A DNA stretch of 64,000 bases from Candidatus Wolfebacteria bacterium (GTDB taxonomy: Bacteria; Patescibacteriota; Minisyncoccia; UBA6257; UBA9933), in the NCBI GenBank assembly GCA_016214005.1, contig JACRPK010000006.1, forward strand, positions 17,719 to 81,718. Reading direction: 5' to 3'. The translations under genes and the position numbers were made by a program. The notes under the pieces were generated by a model. It saw only the letters and a program-made list of their open reading frames with translations. It was not told the DNA's origin and made no database searches. Shown piece by piece: positions 47,501 through 57,596 of the stretch (the stretch's first letter is position 1; each line of letters opens with the position of its first letter).

Positions 47501-48665
47501 TGGCGCGCAAACCGGCAATCTTATAATTAAATCAAATGGCTATGACTCAAACGCAGCGGCTTTCAGCCTTCTTTCGACAATTCCCAGCGATCCAAATGTT
47601 TCTGGAAATAGGCAATATCAATCTGATAATTCAACAATAATTTCTATCGGCGGATATGCCAGTAGCAGTTCGGTTATTTTAAAAGCCGATATTAGCGCCG
47701 GATTAAATATTAATATGGCTTTGCAGGTTGAAGTTCAATCGGTTGGCGCGGCTTTTACTTGCGGAGCGGGAAATTGCGCCAGCGCTGTTGAAGGAACGGT
47801 TGTCGGCGGCGGAGCTTGCACGCTTTGCACTTCTCTTTTAAACGCTAAAATCACTTTAACCGGAATTTCTGACGGGCAAAAACATTGGCAAGCTCGAGTA
47901 AGAAACACGACAACAAATGAATATTCTAATTGGGCAAGTTTTGGCGCGAATGCTGAATCGGTTGCGGATTTTATAATAGACACTGCGGCGCCCGTTATAA
48001 CTGGTCCGTCATCAAGCAATATTCTGTCAAATTCCGCTACCATAAGCTGGACAACCGGCGAATCGTCTGACACGCGCGTTCAATACAATAAAACAGGAAG
48101 CTTCGGCGCTTGTTCAACTGACTGCACAACAATAACCGATGCGGTTCCGCCGGGATCGACTAATCATAGCGTTAATTTGAGCAACTTGGATTCAGCAACA
48201 ACTTATTATTATCGCGTTCGCTCAAAAGATGCGGCTGGCAATGAAGCGATAAGTTCTGTGAATAATTTTATAACTGTCAGCGTTGGCAATCCGGCGAAAA
48301 CAACAAAATTTTATATTGCCGGCGTCGCTGGATCAATTACAGCGGCAAGCACAGCCTCATCAACTTTTTCTGTTTTGGCGCCTGAAACATCGGCAACTGT
48401 TCAGGGGGCTTTTGTGGAGATCTCTGGCATATCCAATAGCGGCGGAACTAATAATATTCAAGTTTGGGTTAATTCTCAGGCCACGAAAACTTATGCGATA
48501 AACGCATCATCTAAAACATTTTTTAGAATTATTTATTACGTGTCTTCGGGAAATTTGAATCTTAATGATAGCCCGACAATTAATGTGTTTTATATCAGTC
48601 CGCAAAATTATAATATTTTTATAACATCGGCAAAGGTCATCACAACATATACTTACGCGCCGTAA
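44598..48665 (+). CDS. Large secreted/surface protein (propeller-like N-terminal region, IPT/TIG-like and FN3-like domains)
   Basis: Signal peptide; T/S/G/A-rich; ISSWGNTQI; SATISWTT...HSV.LSNL...TYYYRVRSKDAAGN. Confidence 0.8.
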   Translation: MIFLKKTIKSIFIFLMIFGLAFSNLPYDAAMLALQSYVKNRNVVDKIWLTSNDTNVVDKFVPFENVIRNLKIKDALAVSNGDGKIFYSISANATPSTRDYISSTNTFNVAATTVAGVTALQAVTKASPTQDEMIAGYVNSAGTLQVMCWNGATWSNEWSVAVGGTGTTRRFDIAYETNSGDAMVLYSTNVGTTNELAYRTKPGASVCGSANWSAATNLDPVRTTGIVHWVKMAWDRRAAQNLITAIWADANAGLSAMVWSGTAWGNEPTAALETALEIVAAGQDVESFDVEYESLSGDVMIVRGSGGTNGTNGGYYSVCTGGTSTCVWGTRTAMPTILDDVTHLDISADPNSDSILFGAIGNAGSDLSIGVWSGSAWTNTANADISCATPLAGTKFVSTGWLISGANTRGVLVYYDSAATNIGWMTLSGTTWTAQTDWAPTPVFGVQKNYDIKMDPINKDRLIFTVNDANSDIFAKRLILSGTTFTWSNADGGVAIEANTGSAAYKTFDFEYNRYIPAPSASLTIGATAGSKTINLDSGAASQYANTTTCNSAATCSAFTLLLNTGSETITSIKITETGTADATNNLANLALFYDTDGNYSNGVTGQYGTTVAAFTAEAANVSGSLAISAGTTYYFYVRFDLAKTGTYPSGGQTINFQIAANADVGTSGAPTKTGAPATLAGATTISPNATGITYTTGGDGGISGSSATISGYGFGTPAAGAAREDCAAATVNYGCVKFIVGGTTNVANANISSWGNTQIVFSVATNLVTEGGASAVEVRAANQADATPLTYYVYPNITSLTVPTAVANAAREYSASDSEGIFTANGDHFGSAGSVTILGSTATQQTTAACAGSAYQTTCVGLQAPTAIADNSYTGNIVLTRTSDSKTSTYAGFRILPRIVSLNPSSQSVGSAIEIIGNHLCQNGGVCPSAFDANNKATFYNAVDATALNSWTNGDSLLTGINVNVPTGAQTGNLIIKSNGYDSNAAAFSLLSTIPSDPNVSGNRQYQSDNSTIISIGGYASSSSVILKADISAGLNINMALQVEVQSVGAAFTCGAGNCASAVEGTVVGGGACTLCTSLLNAKITLTGISDGQKHWQARVRNTTTNEYSNWASFGANAESVADFIIDTAAPVITGPSSSNILSNSATISWTTGESSDTRVQYNKTGSFGACSTDCTTITDAVPPGSTNHSVNLSNLDSATTYYYRVRSKDAAGNEAISSVNNFITVSVGNPAKTTKFYIAGVAGSITAASTASSTFSVLAPETSATVQGAFVEISGISNSGGTNNIQVWVNSQATKTYAINASSKTFFRIIYYVSSGNLNLNDSPTINVFYISPQNYNIFITSAKVITTYTYAP

Positions 48666-48668
48666 TTT

Positions 48669-49331
48669 ATGAACAAAAAAATAATTTTATTTATATTGGT
48701 TGCAATAATTATTTTAGCAAGCGCTGGAATTTATTTTGGTTTGCCTTCGAAGTTATTTAAGCGCGTTGAAATATTAAAAAACGGAGGAGTGGTTGTTGAG
48801 GAAAATTTGGTTATTCCGGATACGAAAAAAATCAGTTTGATTGAAAGCAGAATTGTCACGGCCGGCAATTTTGAAACGACTTTAATGCCAAAAAATGACG
48901 GAGAAAAAATTATTGTTTCAGGAGCGGTTTTAACTATTAAGGGAAGCTATGAAGTTTCGATTGTTGAAGCAAAAAAGTGGGCGAATGACGCCAAATTGGT
49001 TTTTATCAAATCATTGGGGGCCGTAAATTTGGAAGGAAAATCAAGCGAATGGCAGGCAATTTTTGGTTCAAAAGAAAAAAAGAAAGGATATGAAATAATT
49101 ATTCAGGCCGATAAAATAGTTTCGCAAAAAGAAATTGAATCGGAATTGGGCGGATTTGATTTGCCACAAATTTGGCAAGATTCCGGATTTGCCGTAGCTG
49201 CTTTGCAGGCGCTTCCGCAATTTTCTGACGCGACAATTTCGTCAATAACTTTTTATTATAGCAATGATGCTCAAAAGTGGGGATACGCTTTTGCCACTTC
49301 CAAAGGAACGACATCTATGTATGCGAGGTAA
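48669..49331 (+). CDS. Membrane-anchored hypothetical protein
   Basis: N-terminal TM helix. Confidence 0.65.
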   Translation: MNKKIILFILVAIIILASAGIYFGLPSKLFKRVEILKNGGVVVEENLVIPDTKKISLIESRIVTAGNFETTLMPKNDGEKIIVSGAVLTIKGSYEVSIVEAKKWANDAKLVFIKSLGAVNLEGKSSEWQAIFGSKEKKKGYEIIIQADKIVSQKEIESELGGFDLPQIWQDSGFAVAALQALPQFSDATISSITFYYSNDAQKWGYAFATSKGTTSMYAR

Positions 49332-49340
49332 AATTGAATT

Positions 49341-50287
49341 ATGAATTTTGATTTAAGAAAAAATCAAAAAAAAACGTTAATTTTTGCGATTTCCGCGGCA
49401 ATTTGTTTTATTTTTTTGGCGGCAATAAATGTTTTTGCCGTTAATAATCAGATCAAAACCACCGAATCATTCATCATCGGCTCAGACGTTCAAATTTCAA
49501 CAGCCACTAATGCCGCTGTCAATCTTTACATCGGCGATAATCTGGCGGGCATCACCAATCCGGTAAAATCAGTTTATTTTATTATCTCCGGAATATATAC
49601 AGACACCGGCGCTGGCGGAACATTAGAATTCAAAATTAACGATAATCCTTCTTCTTCCAAAATATTCACTTTGCCGACAGCGGGGACAACACCCACTCCT
49701 TTTGAAATAATTTACAAAGACGATTCAAATACAATCAATTCAACTTCAGCCGGAAGCTATGCTTATACTCTCAACATTATTCCCACCAATATCACTATTT
49801 CCAGTTTGAGCGGGAAAATGGAGGAGACGCAATCACTATTTCCAGTTTGAGCGGGAAAATGGAGGAGACGCACAGATATAAGCCGCCATCTTGCGGCATA
49901 GGCTATCAGCCAACTGGCACAATTGAATCTTCGGTTTTTGACACTGGCGCGGCAAACGGTGTTGGATTTAATTTTATAATGGCGTCCGGCACCACGCCTT
50001 TTGGCACAAAATTCAGAGCGCAAATTGCCACATCAAATAATTCCAGCGGACCGTGGAATTATTTAGGTCCAAGCTGCACAAACAGCGATTATTATTTTGA
50101 TGCCGGATTTGCTCCTTTTCCTGGAATAGGGGATTCTCCTGCAACGGCTGAAATTGGCTGCCAGAATAATCATAATAATAAAAGATATTTTAAATATAAG
50201 ATTATTCTTTGTTCTGCTAACGATTGTGTTAGTCAAGGAACAGATACGCCCCAGATCGATAAGATTATTATAAATTGGTCTCCATAA
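49341..50287 (+). pseudogene. Secreted protein split by a 41-bp tandem duplication
   Basis: 49791-49831 is repeated at 49832-49872; removing one copy joins the two ORFs. Confidence 0.75.
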
Positions 50288-50402
50288 TTCTTTCCGAGTT
50301 TTTCCCCTTGACATTCTATGGGTATTTAAGTTCTAATCAATATAGAAACTTTCAATAAAAAATAAGAATTGTGAAAAGCATTTTCAAAGCAAGGAGGAAC
50401 TT

Positions 50403-50789
50403 GTGTCTGATATAAAGATTCTTTTTGTTGATGATGACGAAATGCTTCGTATGATAATTCCTTCCTGTTTAAAAGGAGTTTTTGGAGGAAAATATCAGGT
50501 AATTTGCGCCGCAGATGGTTTTGGGGCGCTGGAGATTGTTAAGAATGAAAAAGGTATTCGGCTTGTAATCACTGATTGTGATATGCCGAAAATGAATGGC
50601 CTTGATTTGGATGCTAATATTGAAAAATATTATCCTGATATCAAAGTTATTATGATGTCAGGAATGCACCACGAAGAAGATATAGCAAACCGCGGACTCC
50701 ATTGTTATTTTATTTTAAAAGGAATTGATGGCGATAGAAAGCTCTGCGATGCAATTCGGGAATTATTGGAAAACACGCCGGCGGTCTGA
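50403..50789 (+). CDS. Single-domain response regulator
   Basis: ILFVDDD, LVITDCDMPKMNG. Confidence 0.88.
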   Translation: MSDIKILFVDDDEMLRMIIPSCLKGVFGGKYQVICAADGFGALEIVKNEKGIRLVITDCDMPKMNGLDLDANIEKYYPDIKVIMMSGMHHEEDIANRGLHCYFILKGIDGDRKLCDAIRELLENTPAV

Positions 50790-50831
50790 CCGCCGGTTTT
50801 TCTTTTGTTTTTTTGGAGTTATAATTTAAAA

Positions 50832-52577
50832 ATGTTAAATCGCGAGCTTGCCAAAATTTTTCGCAATATGGCGTTTTATCTTGAAATGGAAGGTGTTTCT
50901 TTTAAACCGCAGGCTTATGAAAAAGCGGCTGATGTAATTGAGTCTTTGTCGCAGGACATTGAAAATGTTTATAAATCCGGCGGTTTGAAATCTTTGGAAG
51001 AACTTTCGGGAATCGGGAAAAACATTGCGGCTCATATTGAGGAATACATAAAAACCGGAAAAATAAAAAATTATTCGGATTTTAAGAAAAAAATTCCAGT
51101 TGATATTGATGAGCTTTCGCAGGTTGAAGGTTTGGGTCCAAGAAAAATAAAAGCTCTTTATTCCGAATTAAAAATCAAAAATTTAATTGATCTTGAAAAA
51201 GCGGCAAAGCTTGGGAAAATAAGGAATTTGCCGCAATTCGGCTTGAAAAGCGAAATAAATATTTTAGAAAGTTTGGAGTTTTTAAAAAAAAGCAGGGGCA
51301 GATTTTTGTTGGCGGAAATTTTACCAGTAGCCGATAAAATCATTGATAATCTTAAAAATTTAAAAGAAATCAGAAGAGATGTCTTGGAAATTTCTTTTGC
51401 CGGATCTTTAAGGCGCAGAAAAGAAACTATCGGCGATGCGGATATTTTAATTGCCGCTGCAAATCCCGCGGCTTCCAGAAAAATTATTGGCAGCTTTTTA
51501 AAATTTCCCGGAATTGCAAAAATTTGGGGCAAGGGCGAAACAAAAATCTCCGCAAGAATGGAGGATGGCTTTGACATTGATATCAGGATTTTAGCGCAGG
51601 AAAGTTTTGGCGCCGGACTTCAATATTTTACCGGATCAAAAGAGCATAATATAGTTTTGCGTAAAGCCGCCATTGGAAAAGGGCTAAAGCTCAATGAATA
51701 CGGGCTGTTTAAGGGGAATAAAATGATTGCCGGCAAAACGGAAAAAGAAATTTATCAGGCTTTAGGTATGGATTATATAGAGCCGGAACTTCGTGAAAAT
51801 AGCGGCGAAATTGAAGCGGCGTTAATCGGAGAATTGCCGAAATTGATAAATAATAAAGATATTTTGGGCGATTTGCATATTCACTCAAATTGGAACGGCG
51901 GAGAAAATTCAATTGAAGAATTGGCAAAAGAAGCCATGGGTATGGGTTATCAATATATTGGCATTTCCGATCATACGAAATTTTTAAAAATTGAAAACGG
52001 GCTTGACGAAAAACAATTGGAAAAGCGAAATAAAGAAATTGACAGGCTCAATTCGGGATTTAAAATTCAGGATTCAGGATTCAGGATTTTGCGGGGCTGT
52101 GAAGCGAATATAATGCCCGATGGCTCAATTGATATTAAAGATTCAGTTTTAAAAAAATTAGATTATGCGATTGCGGGAATCCATCATCAAATGAAAATGA
52201 ATGAAAATGAAGTGACAGAAAGAATTATTAAGGCGATGAAAAACAAAAATGTTGATATTATATCCCACCCAACCGGAAGAATTTTAAAAGCTCGCGAGGC
52301 TTATGAAATTGATTTTGATAAAATTTTGGAAGCTGCCAAAAAAACCGGCACAATTTTAGAAATTAACGCATATCCATCAAGATTGGATTTAAACGATATC
52401 AATATCAAAAAAGCCAAACAAATGGGCGTAAAAATGATAATTAATTCAGACGCTCACGAAAAAAGCCAAATGCGATTTATAGAATACGGCGTTTTTCAGG
52501 CGCGCCGTGGCTGGGCAGAAAAAAAAGATATTGTTAATTGCTGGCAGATTGACAAGTTGAAAAGATTTTTTAAGTGA
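50832..52577 (+). CDS. polX: DNA polymerase X / PHP-domain protein
   Basis: GSLRRRKETIGDADIL, YFTGSKEHN, DLHIHS, ISDH, SDAH. Confidence 0.93.
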   Translation: MLNRELAKIFRNMAFYLEMEGVSFKPQAYEKAADVIESLSQDIENVYKSGGLKSLEELSGIGKNIAAHIEEYIKTGKIKNYSDFKKKIPVDIDELSQVEGLGPRKIKALYSELKIKNLIDLEKAAKLGKIRNLPQFGLKSEINILESLEFLKKSRGRFLLAEILPVADKIIDNLKNLKEIRRDVLEISFAGSLRRRKETIGDADILIAAANPAASRKIIGSFLKFPGIAKIWGKGETKISARMEDGFDIDIRILAQESFGAGLQYFTGSKEHNIVLRKAAIGKGLKLNEYGLFKGNKMIAGKTEKEIYQALGMDYIEPELRENSGEIEAALIGELPKLINNKDILGDLHIHSNWNGGENSIEELAKEAMGMGYQYIGISDHTKFLKIENGLDEKQLEKRNKEIDRLNSGFKIQDSGFRILRGCEANIMPDGSIDIKDSVLKKLDYAIAGIHHQMKMNENEVTERIIKAMKNKNVDIISHPTGRILKAREAYEIDFDKILEAAKKTGTILEINAYPSRLDLNDINIKKAKQMGVKMIINSDAHEKSQMRFIEYGVFQARRGWAEKKDIVNCWQIDKLKRFFK

Positions 52578-52594
52578 TTTATAATTTGTAAATT

Positions 52595-52981
52595 ATGGAA
52601 AAGCCATTAGTTTTAATTATTGATGACGAAGCTGATATACGAGATGCTTTAAGCCTAAAATTAAAAGCTTCGGGTTTTAATGTCCATGAAGCTAATAATG
52701 GAGAAGAGGGAGTCAGATTGGCTAACGCTTTAAAGCCGGACATTATTATTTTAGATGTGGTGATGCCGATTATGGACGGCGTAACTGCGTTTTTTAAAAT
52801 GAAAGAAAATGACAACTTGGCAAATGTCAAATTTTTCTTTTTTACCGGCAAGGGAGATTCGCGGGAAAGGATTATTGAAATTAACAGAAAATTTGCCAAA
52901 GGCAGCGGGGCAATAGATTTTATCAGGAAAGAAACTGATTTGGATGAATTAGTGGGGAAACTTAAAATGTTTTCAAATTAA
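52595..52981 (+). CDS. Single-domain response regulator
   Basis: LIIDDE, PDIIILDVVMPIMDG. Confidence 0.88.
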   Translation: MEKPLVLIIDDEADIRDALSLKLKASGFNVHEANNGEEGVRLANALKPDIIILDVVMPIMDGVTAFFKMKENDNLANVKFFFFTGKGDSRERIIEINRKFAKGSGAIDFIRKETDLDELVGKLKMFSN

Positions 52982-53026
52982 AAATAAAATGAGAAAGCCG
53001 GACTTTTTGAGTCCGGCCGTGAGATG

Positions 53027-53239
53027 TCATTCCTTGAAGCCCTTGAAGCCAAGGATACCAACCTTGAATTTTTTTCCCTCGTTGATGTTGTTGTAATGGT
53101 GCCTTGCAAAGGAGAATATGTCCGGGAATTCTTTCGTTGGAGTGAACGACACCCACCCCTTTCCCGGGTTATGTTTTTCTTTTTCAGGTGTTATTAACAC
53201 CAGATACTTCCCCGCTTTCGTTCCCTGCCCGTGATCCAT
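53027..53239 (-). CDS. Small hypothetical protein
   Basis: AAGGAGG RBS; hairpin downstream. Confidence 0.55.
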   Translation of the reverse strand: MDHGQGTKAGKYLVLITPEKEKHNPGKGWVSFTPTKEFPDIFSFARHHYNNINEGKKFKVGILGFKGFKE

Positions 53240-53329
53240 AATATGTCCTCCTTACAATTTTAATGTTAACTTATTAAGTTGTTAATTTGCTAATAAAATA
53301 TTATAATCTATTAAAATAATTTTGTCAAT

Positions 53330-55816
53330 ATGAAGGATAAAATCATCATCAAAGGCGCGAAAGTGCATAATTTAAAAAATGTCAGTCTGGAAATTCCCAA
53401 AAACAAAATAGTTGTTTTTACCGGAGTTTCGGGAAGCGGAAAATCCAGCCTGGCTTTTGATACGATTTTTGCCGAAGGCCAGAGAAGATATATTGAATCT
53501 TTAAGTCCGTACGCAAGGCAGTTTTTGGGGCAAATGGAAAGGCCGGATGTTGATGAAATTATCGGGCTTTCACCGGCAATCGCCATTGACCAAAGAGCTC
53601 TTTCGCATAATCCGCGTTCGATTGTCGGCACGCTCACGGAGGTTTTTGATTATTTAAGAGTTTTATACGCCAGGCTCGGCGAAGTTTATTGTCCGCAATG
53701 CCAAACAAAAATTGAAAAACTTTCAATTGATGAAATGGCGGATATTATTATGACAAAAGCCAAAGAATTGCAAAGCGAAACAATTGAAATTTTATCGCCG
53801 GTAGTTATCGGCAGAAAAGGGGAATATTACCAATTGCTTTATAATTTTCTTTCGCTGGGATTTTCACAGGCGCGCATAGACGGCAAAATTATTTCACTCC
53901 ATGACAAGATAGAATTGTCGCGCTATAAGGCGCATACCATTGAAATTATTATTGATAAAATAATTTCAAATGATGAAGGTCGTTTGTTTGAAGCCATTGA
54001 AACTGCCATTGAATATAGCAAGGGATTAGTTATAGCGGTTTTGGGAAAAGAAGAGACCCTTCTTTCTTCAAAATGGACTTGTCCGAACGATAATTTTTCT
54101 TTTCCCGAAGTTGAGCCGCGCCTTTTTTCTTTCAACAGCCCCTATGGCGCTTGCGAAAACTGCCATGGTTTGGGGAAAACCGATTTAATGCTTAAAACAA
54201 TCTGTAACATCTGCGAAGGCAAAAGATTAAAACCCGAAGCGCTTAATGTGAAAATCAAAGGTAAAAATATTTGGGATATTTCAAATTTAACAATAGACAA
54301 AGCTTATGAATTTTTATCAAATTATGAAAAAAAATTAAGCGAAAGGGACAAAAAAATTGCGGAAAATATTTTGAAAGAAATTTTAGGCAGGCTTAATTTT
54401 TTGCTTGAAGTCGGGCTTGATTATTTGTCTTTAGGCAGGGAAGCGGAAACATTATCCGGCGGCGAAGCGCAAAGGATAAGATTGGCGTCGCAAATCGGCT
54501 CGCAACTTTCAAACACTCTTTATGTTTTAGATGAGCCGACAATCGGACTTCATGAGCGTGACACCGAGCGCTTGATTAAAACATTGAAAGCTCTAAATAA
54601 TCAAAATAACACTTTGATTGTTGTTGAACATGACGAAAAAACAATTCAGGCGTCGGATTATTTGGTTGACTTGGGGCCGATGGCCGGCCGGCATGGCGGT
54701 GAAATTATGGCAAGCGGAGCAATTAAAGATTTACTTAAAAACAAGACGGAATCTTTAACCGTTCAATATTTAAAAGGAGAAAGAAAAATTGAATTGCCGA
54801 AAGAAAGGCGCTTAAAAGCAATGGAAAAAATAAAAATTATCGGCGCCCGGGCGAATAATCTGAAAAACATTGATGTTGAAATTCCATTGAGAAAATTGGT
54901 GTGTTTTACCGGAGTTTCCGGAAGCGGAAAATCTTCTTTGATGTATGATGTTTTATATGAGAACCTCGCGCTTTTAAAAGCTCGCTTTAATGAACCTCTT
55001 AAAAACGCCAGTAAACTTTTGGGAAGCGAATATATTGATAAAATCGTGATGGTTGATCAATCACCCATAGGCCGCACGCCGCGTTCAAATCCGGCGACTT
55101 ATACCGGAATTTGGAGCCCGATCAGGGATTTTTACTCTTCCTTGGAAGAATCGCGCGCCAAAGGATTTTCAGCTTCAAGATTTTCTTTTAATGTTGCCGG
55201 AGGAAGATGCGAGGCTTGCCAGGGAGCTGGGTCTAATTTAATTGAAATGCATTTTTTGCCGCCGGTGATGGTTCAGTGCGATGTTTGCCGCGGCAAAAGA
55301 TTTAACCGCGAAACTTTACAAATAAAATACAAGAGAAAAAATATTCACGATATTTTAGAAATGACGATTGACGAGGCGGTGGATTTTTTTGACGGCATAT
55401 ATCTGATAACCGACAAGCTGAAAGTTTTGCAGGAAGTCGGACTCGGCTATCTTCAACTTGGTCAGTCAGCTACAACGCTTTCCGGCGGTGAAGCGCAAAG
55501 AATAAAACTTGGCCGCGAGCTTACGCATCCTTTGGGCAAGCGGGCGATTTATCTTCTTGATGAGCCGACGGTCGGACTTCATTATCATGATGTTGAAATG
55601 CTTTTGAAGGTTTTAAATAAATTGGTTGATAAAGGGAATACGGTTATTGTGATTGAACATAATATGCATATAATCCAATCCGCTGATTATGTGATTGATT
55701 TAGGGCCGGAAGGCGGGGCAGGCGGAGGGAAAGTGGTTGCCAAAGGAACGCCCGAAGAAATCGCTAAAAATAAAAATTCATGGACAGGCGCATATTTAAA
55801 AGATTATTTAAAATAA
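53330..55816 (+). CDS. uvrA: Excinuclease ABC subunit A
   Basis: Two GVSGSGKSS Walker A motifs, LSGGEAQRI, zinc fingers. Confidence 0.97.
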   Translation: MKDKIIIKGAKVHNLKNVSLEIPKNKIVVFTGVSGSGKSSLAFDTIFAEGQRRYIESLSPYARQFLGQMERPDVDEIIGLSPAIAIDQRALSHNPRSIVGTLTEVFDYLRVLYARLGEVYCPQCQTKIEKLSIDEMADIIMTKAKELQSETIEILSPVVIGRKGEYYQLLYNFLSLGFSQARIDGKIISLHDKIELSRYKAHTIEIIIDKIISNDEGRLFEAIETAIEYSKGLVIAVLGKEETLLSSKWTCPNDNFSFPEVEPRLFSFNSPYGACENCHGLGKTDLMLKTICNICEGKRLKPEALNVKIKGKNIWDISNLTIDKAYEFLSNYEKKLSERDKKIAENILKEILGRLNFLLEVGLDYLSLGREAETLSGGEAQRIRLASQIGSQLSNTLYVLDEPTIGLHERDTERLIKTLKALNNQNNTLIVVEHDEKTIQASDYLVDLGPMAGRHGGEIMASGAIKDLLKNKTESLTVQYLKGERKIELPKERRLKAMEKIKIIGARANNLKNIDVEIPLRKLVCFTGVSGSGKSSLMYDVLYENLALLKARFNEPLKNASKLLGSEYIDKIVMVDQSPIGRTPRSNPATYTGIWSPIRDFYSSLEESRAKGFSASRFSFNVAGGRCEACQGAGSNLIEMHFLPPVMVQCDVCRGKRFNRETLQIKYKRKNIHDILEMTIDEAVDFFDGIYLITDKLKVLQEVGLGYLQLGQSATTLSGGEAQRIKLGRELTHPLGKRAIYLLDEPTVGLHYHDVEMLLKVLNKLVDKGNTVIVIEHNMHIIQSADYVIDLGPEGGAGGGKVVAKGTPEEIAKNKNSWTGAYLKDYLK

Positions 55817-55854
55817 TTTTAAATTTGTATAATACAATCATATTTTGGATTTTA

Positions 55855-56165
55855 TTCTCGCTAACGTTTCGCGCAAAAACACGCTATCATTTCGTTACAG
55901 GCGGAATGCGCTCGGCTCCATGCCTGCCGGCAGGCAGGTCGACCTCGCTCGCCAAGAAAATATGTTTTTCAGAATGTTCCCTCACCCTTGAACAAGGGTG
56001 AGGGAGAAGGCTAAAAAGCTTGGTCTCCGAAGGAGTTTTTAGCCTGAGAGCCAAGCTCTTGATTTTTCGCTGGAAAAAATCAAAGAGCGGTTCTGAAAAA
56101 CATATTTTCTTGGCATCATATCCATTCGGCCTGCGAGACGATTTTTTAGCGAAACGCTGGCGGAG
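55855..56165. repeat. Palindromic element copy 3 (nested: outer stem, CCTGCC palindrome, extra inserted hairpin)
   Basis: Core 55951-56114 matches copies 1 and 2; extra hairpin at 55978-56005. Confidence 0.8.
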
Positions 56166-56242
56166 ATATTATTGGCATATAGTCTAAGATAGGGTTGCAT
56201 TATACAATATTTTGACAATTATTTAATTTTGAGTATAATTGA

Positions 56243-56624
56243 AAAATCGGCAAGGAAACGATAGCCCGCCAAAATTTTGTTTTGCAAAATTTAGGCGGGA
56301 GGAAGGTCCGGACACTCATAAAAACAAATACGGGTTAACGGCCCGCCGTGGCAATACGAGAGGTGCGAGCAGTGACGCTTTGATTTGAAAAAATTAAAGG
56401 AGCCATATCCCAACGTAAAGGTTTAATTCCGCCATAGGGATAAAAAAGCGGAAGTGAAACGGCTAAATCCTTATTGGGTGCAAGGCCGAACCTGCTAAAA
56501 TTCTTTTAGGAATTTAGGCAGGGGTGCCGCTAGAACTTGCGAGCAATCGCAGGTCCAGATAAATTATCGTTAGGATTCTTAAAGAGTCCGTACACAGAAT
56601 CCGGCCTATCACTTGCCGATTTTT
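56243..56624 (+). ncRNA. rnpB: RNase P RNA
   Basis: GAGGAAGGTCCGGAC, GGGTGCAAG, ACAGAATCCGGCCTAT; terminal helix AATCGGCAAG/CTTGCCGATT. Confidence 0.92.
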
Positions 56625-56665
56625 AGTTGACAAAAATAATTTAATTTTGATAAACTGAAAACTCA

Positions 56666-57079
56666 ATGCCAACAATTAATCAACTAATTAAAAAGAAAAG
56701 AAAAAGCGTGGAGAAAAAATCAAAATCCGCGGCTTTGGGTTTTTATTTTAATAATATTTTAAACAGGCCGGTTTATTCCGAATCTCCTTTTAAGCGCGGC
56801 GTTTGTTTGAAAGTTTTTACTACTACTCCGAAAAAACCGAACTCAGCGCTTCGTAAAGTCGCAAGAGTAAGACTTTCAAACGGCATGGAAGTAACCGCTT
56901 ATATTCCCGGTGTCGGACATAATTTGCAGGAACACTCTGTGGTGATGATAAGAGGCGGCAGGGTGAAAGATTTGCCTGGCGTAAGATATCATATTGTCCG
57001 CGGTGTTTTAGACGCCACTGGCGTTGACGGAAGAAAACAGGAAAGAAGTAAATATGGAGTCAAAAAACCTAAAAAATAA
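56666..57079 (+). CDS. rpsL: 30S ribosomal protein S12
   Basis: [27 protein letters not shown]. Confidence 0.98.
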   Translation: MPTINQLIKKKRKSVEKKSKSAALGFYFNNILNRPVYSESPFKRGVCLKVFTTTPKKPNSALRKVARVRLSNGMEVTAYIPGVGHNLQEHSVVMIRGGRVKDLPGVRYHIVRGVLDATGVDGRKQERSKYGVKKPKK

Positions 57080-57082
57080 TTT

Positions 57083-57550
57083 ATGAGAAAAAAGAAAAAA
57101 TATAAAAGAGACCACGAACCGGATATTAATTTTAACAGCGTAATAGTTGGGCGTTTTGTTAATTTTTTAATGAAAGACGGGAAAAAATCAACGGCTGAAA
57201 AAATTTTGTATGATTGCTTTGAAAACGTTAAAAGAGAAACAAAACAAGAGCCGCTTGAAGTTTTTGAAAAAGCGATAAATAACGCTTCGCCGATGCTTGA
57301 AGTGATTTCAAAAAGAGTGGGCGGGGCCAATTATCAGGTGCCTCGCGAAATCCGTCCGGACAGAAAATTCTTTTTGGCTTGCAATTGGATAATTAACGCC
57401 GCTAAATCAAAGAAAGGGAAAGAAATGAGCAAAAAATTGGCCGAAGAGCTGATTTTGGCCCTTAAAAATGAAGGAACGGCAATTAAGAAAAAACAAGATA
57501 TGCACAGAATGGCGGAAGCTAATCGCGCTTTCGCGCATTTTGCAAGATAA
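57083..57550 (+). CDS. rpsG: 30S ribosomal protein S7
   Basis: RVGGANYQVP, MAEANRAFAHF. Confidence 0.98.
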   Translation: MRKKKKYKRDHEPDINFNSVIVGRFVNFLMKDGKKSTAEKILYDCFENVKRETKQEPLEVFEKAINNASPMLEVISKRVGGANYQVPREIRPDRKFFLACNWIINAAKSKKGKEMSKKLAEELILALKNEGTAIKKKQDMHRMAEANRAFAHFAR

Positions 57551-57596
57551 AGCAGCGGTATGTTTAAAAGTTTAAACGCCGCTGGTTTTTAATTTT

